NCBI GenBank assembly: GCA_010909165.1
Contig: MU008164.1
Coordinates: forward strand, 620,001 to 684,000
DNA from: Anthoceros angustus
Lineage: Eukaryota; Plantae; Anthocerotophyta
Reading direction: 5' to 3'
DNA length: 64,000 bases
This document shows positions 23,263 to 33,637 of this stretch, in pieces. Each line of letters starts with the position of its first letter. Position 1 is the stretch's first letter. Position numbers and translations under genes: made by a program. Under the pieces are notes generated by a model that ran no database searches, had not been told where the DNA came from, and saw nothing but the letters and a program-made list of their open reading frames with translations.

Positions 23263-26200
23263 GAGAAGATGCATGTGTTCCATGCTTCATGCAATCTCCA
23301 ATTAGAGAAGAATTGCTGCAGCCACTAATGGAGAGCTGCCTAGAGGACTCTTAGTGATCAGCGGTTTGCAAGAATCCACCGAGTTTGTAGCTGCCTAGTT
23401 GAGGCGAGCCTGCGGGATATATAAGGGCTAGAGCAAAGGTTTAATATCATTTAGTTCATTGTGCGTTGCAAGGCTCGTGTTGAGAGAGTTGTGGAGAGCT
23501 AAGCTGGTGAGCTTGTCCTTGAGTCAAGGGCAGGAGCCAATTGGGTGTAGATAGCCAAACTCAAGGAGCTAGTTGGGCATAGATAGCCAGACTCAAGTGT
23601 CTATTTCAATCTGTACAATGTGATTAAAGAGTGGTCTGCGAGTCGTCAACGTTCGACGGCGGGCTATTTGGAGCACGAGACGGCGGGCTATTTGGAGCAT
23701 TAGACTGCGGGCTATTTGGAGCTTAGTGCATCGTGAAATTCAAAGTGTCGGTAGTTATGCAAGTCTCTTGATGTGGAGTGAATTGGGCGAAGTCCTAGAC
23801 CGCTAGGAAGCGGCTGCTTCTTTACTAGCTGCATAGTAGGGGCCGTTACTATTATAATTATTTTAAACATTAAATAGTTATTTACCGTTCCTTACATATT
23901 TCTAAGGAGGAGACTGCAAGAGACGAGAACAAGGATCAGTACAAAGCGTCAACCCTGTCAGAGCTGGTGGACAAGCACTGAAAGACTGGTGCATAATTTT
24001 TTGGTTCGGGAAGAGAAGCATCCCAAGAGTCGATGAATAGATGAAAGATCATACGTGTCGGCACAGTGAGAAGCTGGCTATTTCTCATGAGCCCTGAACA
24101 AGACACCACGAGGGGACACACCGTAAGCATCCCAGCTTTCCTGCTTGTGTGTCTTGGTTGTCAAACTTTCACCAAATTCATATCAGGCAGTAAGGCAGTG
24201 GACTGTCATCCTGCAGGGTTGTTAATTGATGGCGTGTACAAGGATAATGTTCTTGCTGGAGGTTCAGCTGTAACCAGACTCCATTTCAGTGTCAAATGGT
24301 CGGAGGGTGAATAGCAAGCTGACTTACTTCCCAAGAATCAGTGCACTGAATCTGGAGCATGGGTTGTAGCAGCCTGCAGCGATGTGCAACAGTCGTAAGC
24401 ATACCTCACATACTGGTGCGGGTTCAAGATCCACCAAATTGTAAGCAAGAACAATCCGACTCACAGTATTTTGTCATCTGCTCCCAGTTCTGATGCCTTT
24501 CCAAAGCATAGACATGGAACTAGTCTGGAAGCCCTGTAAAAGGTATCCACTGGTTTGAACACAAGAATAAATAGGACACAGGTCCTCGAGAAGATGTTTG
24601 ACTGACCTCAAAATCGACAAATGCCTCACCTAGGCAAATGACGTCTCGCCAACGTATGAAATTGATGATTCCCTGTAGCCCCATGCGTCAGATGTGCCTG
24701 CTATCTTCAGCTGTGAACTAACCTTCTCTAAGAGGTCGTACAGCTGTTCATTTTGTGGGTGGCTTCGGTCTCCGACAAAAAGCTGTGTGCTTCTTGCTCA
24801 TGCTGAATCCAGCTCCGTCCGGGCTCTTTCCAAGCACGCTCCCTCTTTCTCAGATTCTCCACACTCTTTGCTCTGTCCGGAAGGCCAGCATCTGCATAGA
24901 TATGTGACATCAGCACATATGCAGCAGGATGCTTTGGCCGCATTGTAATGCACGATCAAAGGCCTGTTGTCCGAGCATTAAGTTTCCATGCTTCCGACAG
25001 GCACCAAGCACACACAACCACGTTGCCAGATCAGGCTCCATTGGCATTTTGGACAGCCAGTCCTCTAACAGAAGGAAGCGTCCTGCACGGCCAAAGGGAG
25101 GTCCTCGAGAAGATGTTTGACTGACCTCAAAATCGACAAATGCCTCACCTAGGCAAATGACGTCTCGCCAACGTATGAAATTGATGATTCCCTGTAGCCC
25201 CATGCGTCAGATGTGCCCTGCTATCTTCAGCTGTGAACTAACCTTCTCTAAGAGGTCGTACAGCTGTTCATTTTGTGGTGGCTTCGGTCTCCGACAAGAA
25301 AGCTGTGTGCTTCTTGCTCATGCTGAATCCAGCTCCGTCCGGGCTCTTTCCAAGCACGCTCCCTCTTTCTCAGATTCTCCACACTCTTTGCTCTGTCCGG
25401 AAGGCCAGCATCTGCATAGATATGTGACATCAGCACATATGCAGCAGGATGCTTTGGCCGCATTTGTATTGCACGATCAAAGGCCTGTTGTCCGAGCATT
25501 AAGTTTCCATGCTTCCGACAGGCACCAAGCACACACAACCACGTTGCCAGATCAGGCTCCATTGGCATTTTGGACAGCCAGTCCTCTAACAGAAGGAAGC
25601 GTCCTGCACGGCCAAAGAGGTCTAACATGCTGACATGATGTTCAATATCTGGAGTCATGCTATGAACTGCGCTCATGGACCTAAAGTACTCAAGACCCTT
25701 GTCCACTTCGCCTGCATGACTGCATGCAGAAATGAGCGATAAGAATGTGACCCCATTCGGATTGATGTTTGACACTTGCATTTTCTCATAACATTCCAGG
25801 GCCTTCAGTGTGAGTCCATGCTGAGCATATCCTGATAGCATTGCATTCCATGTCACGATATCTTTAGTTGCAAGATTGTCAAAGACCCTTTGGGCTGCAT
25901 CTAAGCTCCCACATTTGGCGTACATGTACACCAAGCAGCTACCCACAACCATATGAGATTCAAGCCCTCTTTCCTGAATCTGGGCATGAATTTGTATCCC
26001 CTGAGGTAGTGCTGAAACGCTGGCACATGCTTTCAGCAAGCACACAAACGTAGCATAGTCTGCCGCAATGACACCTTCATGTTCCATATCTGTGTACAGA
26101 GCAAGAGCTTCGTGGTTATGTAGATCATCTCTAGGTTTCACTTGAAGATGTGCAACAGTCGTAAGCATACCTCACATACTGGTGCGGAGTTCAAGATCCA

Positions 26201-26363
26201 CCAAATTGTAAGCAAGAACAATCCGACTCACAGTATTTTGTCATCTGCTCCCAGTTCTGATGCCTTTCCAAAGCATAGACATGGAACTAGTCTGGAAGCC
26301 CTGTAAAAGGTATCCACTGGTTTGAACACAAGAATAAATAGGACACAGGTCCTCGAGAAGATG
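23263..26363. repeat. Complex segmental duplication of pieces of 26355-28683
   Basis: 23263-24596 matches 26355-27681; 24597-25096 matches 27682-28191; 25099-26115 matches 27665-28683; 26147-26363 matches 27464-27681. The copies are nearly identical. Confidence 0.9.
24660..26115 (-). pseudogene. Two 5'-truncated copies of the 3' end of the PPR gene at 27774-30841
   Basis: ORF 25248..26168 is identical to the C-terminal ~290 aa of the long PPR apart from a one-base indel near its end. A shorter copy lies at about 24660-25096. Confidence 0.85.
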
Positions 26364-27773
26364 CATGTGTTCCACATGCTTGCAATCTCAATTAGAGAAA
26401 TTGCTGCAGCCACTAATGGAGAGCTGCCTAGAGGACTCTTAGTGATCGGTTTGCAAGAATCCACCGAGTTTGTAGCCGCTGGATTGGCGAGCTGCGGGAT
26501 ATATAAGGGCTAGAGCAAAGGTTTAATATCATTTAGTTCATTGTGCGTTGCAAGGCTCGTGTTGAGAGAGTTGTGGAGCTAAGCTGGTGAGCTTGTCCTT
26601 GAGTCAAGGGCAGGAGCCAATTGGGTGTAGATAGCCAAACTCAAGGAGCTAGTTGGGCATAGATAGCCAGACTCAAGTGTCTATTTCAATCTGTACAATG
26701 TGATTAAAGAGTGGTCTGCGAGTCGTCAACGTTCGACGGCGGGCTATTTGGAGCACGAGACGGCGGGCTATTTGGAGCATTAGACTGCGGGCTATTTGGA
26801 GCTTAGTGCTGCATCGTGAAATTCAAAGTGTCGGTAGTTATGCAAGTCTCTTGATGTGGAGTGAATTGGGCGAAGTCCTAGACCGCTAGGAAGCGGCTGC
26901 TTCTTTACTAGCTGCATAGTAGGGGCCGTTACTATTATAATTATTTTAAACATTAAATAGTTATTTACCGTTCCTTACATATTTCTAAGGAGGAGACTGC
27001 AAGAGACGAGAACAAGGATCAGTACAAAGCGTCAACCCTGTCAGAGCTGGTGGACAAGCACTGAAAGACTGGTGCATAATTTTTTGGTTCGGGAAGAGAA
27101 GCATCCCAAGAGTCGATGAATAGATGAAAGATCATACGTGTCGGCACAGTGAGAAGCTGGCTATTTCTCATGAGCCCTGAACAAGACACCACGAGGGGAC
27201 ACACCGTAAGCATCCCAGCTTTCCTGCTTGTGTGTCTTGGTTGTCAAACTTTCACCAAATTCATATCGGGCAGTAAGGCAGTGGACTGTCATCTGCAGGG
27301 TTGTTAATTGATGGCGTGTACAAGGATAATGTTCTTGCTGGAGGTTCAGCTGTAACCAGACTCCATTTCAGTGTCAAATGGTCGGAGGGGTGAATAGCAA
27401 GCTGACTTACTTCCCAAGAATCAGTGCACTGAATCTGGAGCATGGGTTGTAGCAGCCTGCAGCGATGTGCAACAGTCGTAAGCATACCTCACATACTGGT
27501 GCGGAGTTCAAGATCCACCAAATTGTAAGCAAGAACAATCCGACTCACAGTATTTTGTCATCTGCTCCCAGTTCTGATGCCTTTCCAAAGCATAGACATG
27601 GAACTAGTCTGGGAAGCCCTGTAAAAGGTATCCACTGGTTTGAACACAAGAATAAATAGGACACAGGTCCTCGAGAAGATGTTTGACTGACCTCAAAATC
27701 GACAAATGCCTCACCTAGGCAAATGACGTCTCGCCAACGTATGAAATTGATGATTCCCTGTAGCCCCCATGCG

Positions 27774-30700
27774 TCAGATGTGCCCTGCTATCTTCAGCTG
27801 TGAACTAACCTTCTCTAAGAGGTCGTACAGCTGTTCATTTTGTGGGTGGCTTCGGTCTCCGACAAGAAAGCTGTGTGCTTCTTGCTCATGCTGAATCCAG
27901 CTCCGTCCGGGCTCTTTCCAAGCACGCTCCCTCTTTCTCAGATTCTCCACACTCTTTGCTCTGTCCGGAAGGCCAGCATCTGCATAGATATGTGACATCA
28001 GCACATATGCAGCAGGATGCTTTGGCCGCATTTGTATTGCACGATCAAAGGCCTGTTGTCCGAGCATTAAGTTTCCATGCTTCCGACAGGCACCAAGCAC
28101 ACACAACCACGTTGCCAGATCAGGCTCCATTGGCATTTTGGACAGCCAGTCCTCTAACAGAAGGAAGCGTCCTGCACGGCCAAAGAGGTCTAACATGCTG
28201 ACATGATGTTCAATATCTGGAGTCATGCTATGAACTGCGCTCATGGACCTAAAGTACTCAAGACCCTTGTCCACTTCGCCTGCATGACTGCATGCAGAAA
28301 TGAGCGATAAGAATGTGACCCCATTCGGATTGATGTTTGACACTTGCATTTTCTCATAACATTCCAGGGCCTTCAGTGTGAGTCCATGCTGAGCATATCC
28401 TGATAGCATTGCATTCCATGTCACGATATCTTTAGTTGCAAGATTGTCAAAGACCCTTTGGGCTGCATCTAAGCTCCCACATTTGGCGTACATGTACACC
28501 AAGCAGCTACCCACAACCATATGAGATTCAAGCCCTCTTTCCTGAATCTGGGCATGAATTTGTATCCCCTGAGGTAGTGCTGAAACGCTGGCACATGCTT
28601 TCAGCAAGCACACAAACGTAGCATAGTCTGCCGCAATGACACCTTCATGTTCCATATCTGTGTACAGAGCAAGAGCTTCGTGGCCAAGCCCATGGAGAGC
28701 ATATCCTGCGAGCATGGAATTCCATGTTACAACATCCTTTTTGGCTAAGTTGTCAAACACCTTGCGGGCATCATCCAAGCTCCCGCATCGTGCGTACATG
28801 TCCACCAGGCAGCTTGCAACAGCTAGATCAGATTCCAGACATCCTTCTTGAACCTGGGCATGCAACTGCTTTCCTCGATCTAATGCTCCAATGCCAGCAC
28901 ATGCTTTCAGGAGGCAAGCAAATGTAATATCACCTGCTGGAGTGATGCCCTCATGCTGCATACGTGCATGAAGCGCAAGGGCTTCTTCACCAAGGCCATG
29001 GTGAGCATATCCTGCCAGCATGACATTCCAAGTTACCACATCTCTTGTGGACATGTTGTCAAAGACCCTGCGGGCATCATCTAAGCACCCACATTTTACA
29101 TACATGTCCATCAGGCAATTGCCAATGACCAAATCAGATTCCAGTCCCCGTTCTTGTATCTGCAGATGCAGCTGCTTTCCCTGGTGTATAGCTGCAATGC
29201 TGGCACATGCTTTCAGGAGGCAAACAAATGTAATATGATCAGCTGTAGTGATGTTTTCCTCCTGCATTGTTGCATAGAGGTTGAGGGCTTCTTGACCCAG
29301 CCCATGCTGAGCATATCCAGCGAACATGGCATTCCATGTCACCACGTTTTTCTTCTCTAGATTGTCGAACACGTTGCGGGCGTTGTCTAATTTGCCACAT
29401 TTTGAATACATGTCCACCAAGCAGCTGCCAACAACAACATCACCTTGCATTCCCTGTTCCAAAATCTGAAAATGAAGATGCTTACCTTGATCTAATGCTC
29501 CGATGGATGAGCAAGCTCTGAGGAGGCACACAAAAGTAACATGATCAGCTGGAAATACGCCCTCAAGTTGCATACTTGCAAACAGAGCAAGGGCTTCTTG
29601 CCCGAGCCCATGTTGAGCGTATCCAGCAATCATCGCAGTCCAGGTGACCACATCCCTAAACACTAGCTTGTCAAACACGCTGCGAGCTTCATCCAAGCAC
29701 CCACATTTTGCATACATGTCCACCAAGCAGCTCCCAATCACCACATCATTTTCTAGACCTCTTTCTTGAATCTGAGAGTGAAGCTGCTTCCCCTGAACAA
29801 GTGTCGCACTGTTACCACATGCTTTCAAGAGGCACACAAATGTAACCTGGTCAGCTGGAGCGATGACCTCCTTCTGCATGCTTGCATACAGAGAGAGTGC
29901 TTCCAGCGCCAGGCCTTGCTGCACATATCCCGTGAGCATGGCATTCCAGGTAACAACATCTCTACTAGCTAAGCTATTGAACACAGTGCGAGCATCATCT
30001 AAGCTCCCACACTTTGCATACATGTCTACAAGGCAGCTCCCAACGAACTTATTGGGCTCCTCAGCACATCTCAGAACATCAGCATGGATCGTCCTGCCTG
30101 ATCTCAAATCCGATGTGTTAGCACATGCCTTAAGAACAGCTGCAAACACATGGTTGTCGGGCATGACAGTCGACTGCCGCATCCGCCAGTAAAACTGTAT
30201 AGCTTGTGCAGGCCGACCATGTTCAGCATAGCCCAAGATAATGGAAGACCACGAATGAGCATTTGGATCCACGAGTTTGCCGAATACCTGGAAAGCTTCC
30301 TGCAACTTCCCCTGAGAAGCGTACATGCGTATGATGTGGTTGGCCAAAAACCTGTCTGACTCATAGCCACATTTTACAGCAAGGGCGTGGATACCTCTGC
30401 CAAGAACCAAATCTTTCTTTGCAATACATCGCTTGAGAACCTCAAATAAGAGTGATCGGGGAAGACAAGATCCGTGCTGCACAATTAGCTCCAGAGCACC
30501 AACAGCTTGACTGAGCTCCCCTTCGTTAAGTTGTTTGCTCCAGCTTCCCCCTTCATAACCCACTTCAGCCTTCACTCTGCACGTTTCAGGGGACTGTCAC
30601 TGGAGCATTCGCAAGACACATCTGACAACTGTATACTACAGGCTACACGGCTATGCTTAGCTAAAGCATGTTCATCATGTGTTGACATCACACACATATG

Positions 30701-30841
30701 CACATTCAGAAACAGGTACCACAGCAGCAACGAACAAAACCTCGGCCGCCCAGAATTGTTGCTTTCAGTTCCACACGTTATGGGCATGTGTGTCTTTGTC
30801 CTTTGGACTTTCGATGATCGATGAAGGTGCCCTCTAAACAT
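27774..30841 (-). CDS. PLS-class PPR protein with 23 PPR motifs plus E1/E2/E+ (PG box, no catalytic DYW motifs); organellar RNA-editing specificity factor
   Basis: The 933-aa ORF reads L,S,(P,L,S)x6,P2,L2,S2,E1,E2 and ends WKEPGRSWI...GDRSHPQ...AGHI. Its track start at 30575 is GTG. Adding one base in the G4 run at 30589-30592 joins the upstream ATG ORF 30572..30841. Confidence 0.9.
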
Positions 30842-30950
30842 CGGTATACAGGAGCGCTTGCAGCATCACCACGTCAAGGGTGGCCTGACCGCTAGTGCAC
30901 GAAGAAGTAAAGAATCGTAACAGTTCCTCCAAAATGGATCACAGTCCGTT

Positions 30951-32880
30951 ATGTCCACATGCATTGGCGTACTACCGAGGATTTTTTTGAGGCTTGACTC
31001 AACAGTTCGTGCTCTCCTGCGAGTCATGGACCTCTTGTCGGGGAGGTGCTTAGACATGCGACAACCTGTTGGCTTAGCTGCTCCCGCTCAGCTGAGATCC
31101 ATGACAATGGAATTCCCGGTCGAGGAGAAGATTCTGGCGAATGAGCTTGGGTGGGATCACAGGCAACAGAAGAGGAGTTCCCGTTGGCCTGACTTCCAAG
31201 AGGTCCTCCGGGTAAACAAATTGCGCAAGTCAGCACCTCTCGATATGCTAATGGGTCGTGGTGCCCCTACGGATTCTGACCCTTGCAGACCTGGAGGTGC
31301 AGTAACGGCTGAAACAGTGGGCAGGTTATGTGAGCAGGGGCACCTCAGGGAGGCCGTTGAGGCTCTGGGAGTTTTGGTGCAGACAAGTGGTCTGATTTCA
31401 ACTGCTCTGGTTTATGCTGTCCTTCAGAAATGTGTGAGTAAGAGGGATCTGGTTCTGGGTCGGTGCGTTCATGGTCTCATTGTGAGAATTGGGTATGATT
31501 CGGACACGTTCTTGTGCAACCACATCCTGCGAATGTATGCTTCCCATACCAGGCTGCAAGAGGCTATGGATGTGTTCACCGTGGTTACCAAACCAGATGC
31601 CTTCATGTGGTCTTCCATTATATCTGCACATGTGCAACACGGAGAAGCCAAACTAGCAATCCGACTGTATTGTCAGATGCGCAGGTCAGGTGTGAAGCCA
31701 GATGGGCATGTGTTTGCAGCCGCCTTGCAGGCTTGTGCAAGGGGAGCAGACTTGAAAACTGGGCAACAAGTGCATGCTGATGTTTTGTCCAGTGAGGTTG
31801 AGCCTGATTTGTATATTTGCAATTGCTTGGTTGACATGTATGCAAAGTGTGGCAGCTTGGAAGATGCTCAACGAGTGTTTGATGGCCTTCCTCGAAAAGA
31901 TGTAGTAACGTGGAATGCCATGATAGCAGGATGCGCCCAGCAGGGAAAGGGTGAGGAAGCCCTTCGCCTGTATAGTGCTATGCAGGAACAAGGAGGTCTT
32001 GCACCCAGCCCTGTGACGTTTGTGTCTCTCCTGCAGGCATGTGCAGACGTGGCGGCTTTGCAAGTCGGAAGGCAGCTTCATGCGCAGATTGAGGAACAAG
32101 GGATGCAAGACCATGTGACTGTAGCTACCAGTTTGATGGAAATGTATGCAAAATCCGGAAGCATGCGCGATGCACAGCAGGTTTTTGATGCATTGCCAGA
32201 AAAAGATATAGTATCCTGGAGTGCGTTGATTGCAGGATACACCCGTCAAGGAGATAGTGAGGTGATATTTGACTTGATCCACAAAATGAGACAGGATGGC
32301 ATAGAGCCAGACAGGATCACATTCCTTAGCGTGCTAACAGCCTGCAGTCATGCAGGTCTAGTGAACAAGGGGCGAGAGTACTTTGAAGCTATGAGCAGAG
32401 AATATGGGATCAGTCCCACCGGGGAACACTTCTCATGCCTGGTGGATCTCCTGGGTCGTGCAGGCCAACTAGACGAGGCACTAGCGGTTGTGAAAACGAT
32501 GCCTGTACAACCTGACGCTGCAGTTTGGCGCACTCTGTTGGGTGCTTGTCGAAAGTGGTGCAATGTGGAGGTGGGACGCCATGCATTCTGTGAAGCAGTT
32601 AAGCTAGAAGAAAACAATCCTGCAGCATATGTGTTGATGTCAAACATATATACTGGTGCAGAGATGTGGCAGGATGCAGAGGGGATGCAGGCAAGGAGAA
32701 AAGGATTTGGGGTATGGAAGCAGCCAGGCCTAAGCTCTTGGACTGACATGGACGGACTGGTGCATTCTTTTTTGGTTGGTGATAAAAACCATCGGGAGTG
32801 AACGCATGTATGCAGGGCTGGAAAAGCTTCTGCACAAAATGCCGAGACTGGGTATGTGCCACATCTGGACTCCATATGTT
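30951..32880 (+). CDS. PLS-class PPR protein with 11 PPR motifs plus E1/E2/E+ (PG box)
   Basis: The 616-aa ORF (30951..32801) has PLS triplets and WKQPGLSSW...HSFLVGDKNH. The E+ continues in shifted frames (SERMYAGLEKLLHKM..GYVPHLDSIC), implying two probable indel errors. Confidence 0.9.
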
Positions 32881-33637
32881 GATGAGAAGGATTTATGTGC
32901 TAGCAGAACAAGCTGCACACCACCACTGACATATAAAGGAGGACCACCATATACACTTGCGCCCCTCCTGCAGACATGCAAGTGGGTACCCCAGCTTCAG
33001 ACGGGGAAGCAACAAATGCACTAGCCAGAGAAACAAAATTTACAACGTTGATGGTGAACAGCTATAGCATTGCCAACTTGAAGAATGAGGTGCACACTGA
33101 ACCTGCCACTCCAGATAGTTCGCTACTGAAGGTCGTTGCCTGTGAAGCTGCTACAGCGACGGCTGGCAAAATGCCTTCAAAGCAATCGAGTCCTCGGTGA
33201 TGGAAATAAGTAAGAGCCACTGAAAAGTACCATGACAGAAGTTCGTGAGATCTGGAGTTGCTAAAAGCTAGCCTATCACAATGCCTGAAGAAAGAACGGG
33301 GGACAGAAGAATGAAAGACGGGCGAGAACCTACCTCAGCAGTGGATTGACATATATGTGGATCCAAATTCTGAAGTGGACCACATTTCTTTCCTCTGAAT
33401 CTGGCGAGGATTGCTGATAGACCATTGCGGGGTGATAGACCATCCTCCCATTCCTCTACCGAGAAAAACTCAGCAATCTAACAAGGTCAGATGCAAAGTC
33501 AGGGACACGGCCTTATAAGATACAGCTCGATGACTTGCTTTAAAATTTGGCAACATCTTGAAGAAAGTTCAATTGAGCCATCTTGCAATCTCCTTGTGGG
33601 GCCAGAATCCTGGAAGGGATGGAGTCACAGCTTGCTG

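Noticed and set aside
25248-26168. 306-aa ORF as an independent PPR gene
   Set aside because: It is a near-identical partial copy of the long PPR; its N-terminus is produced by the duplication junctions and it lacks a targeting region.
17935-28683. Causal link between XRCC4 and the nearby microhomology-rich rearrangement
   Set aside because: XRCC4 acts in trans and its reading frame is intact; proximity is not evidence.
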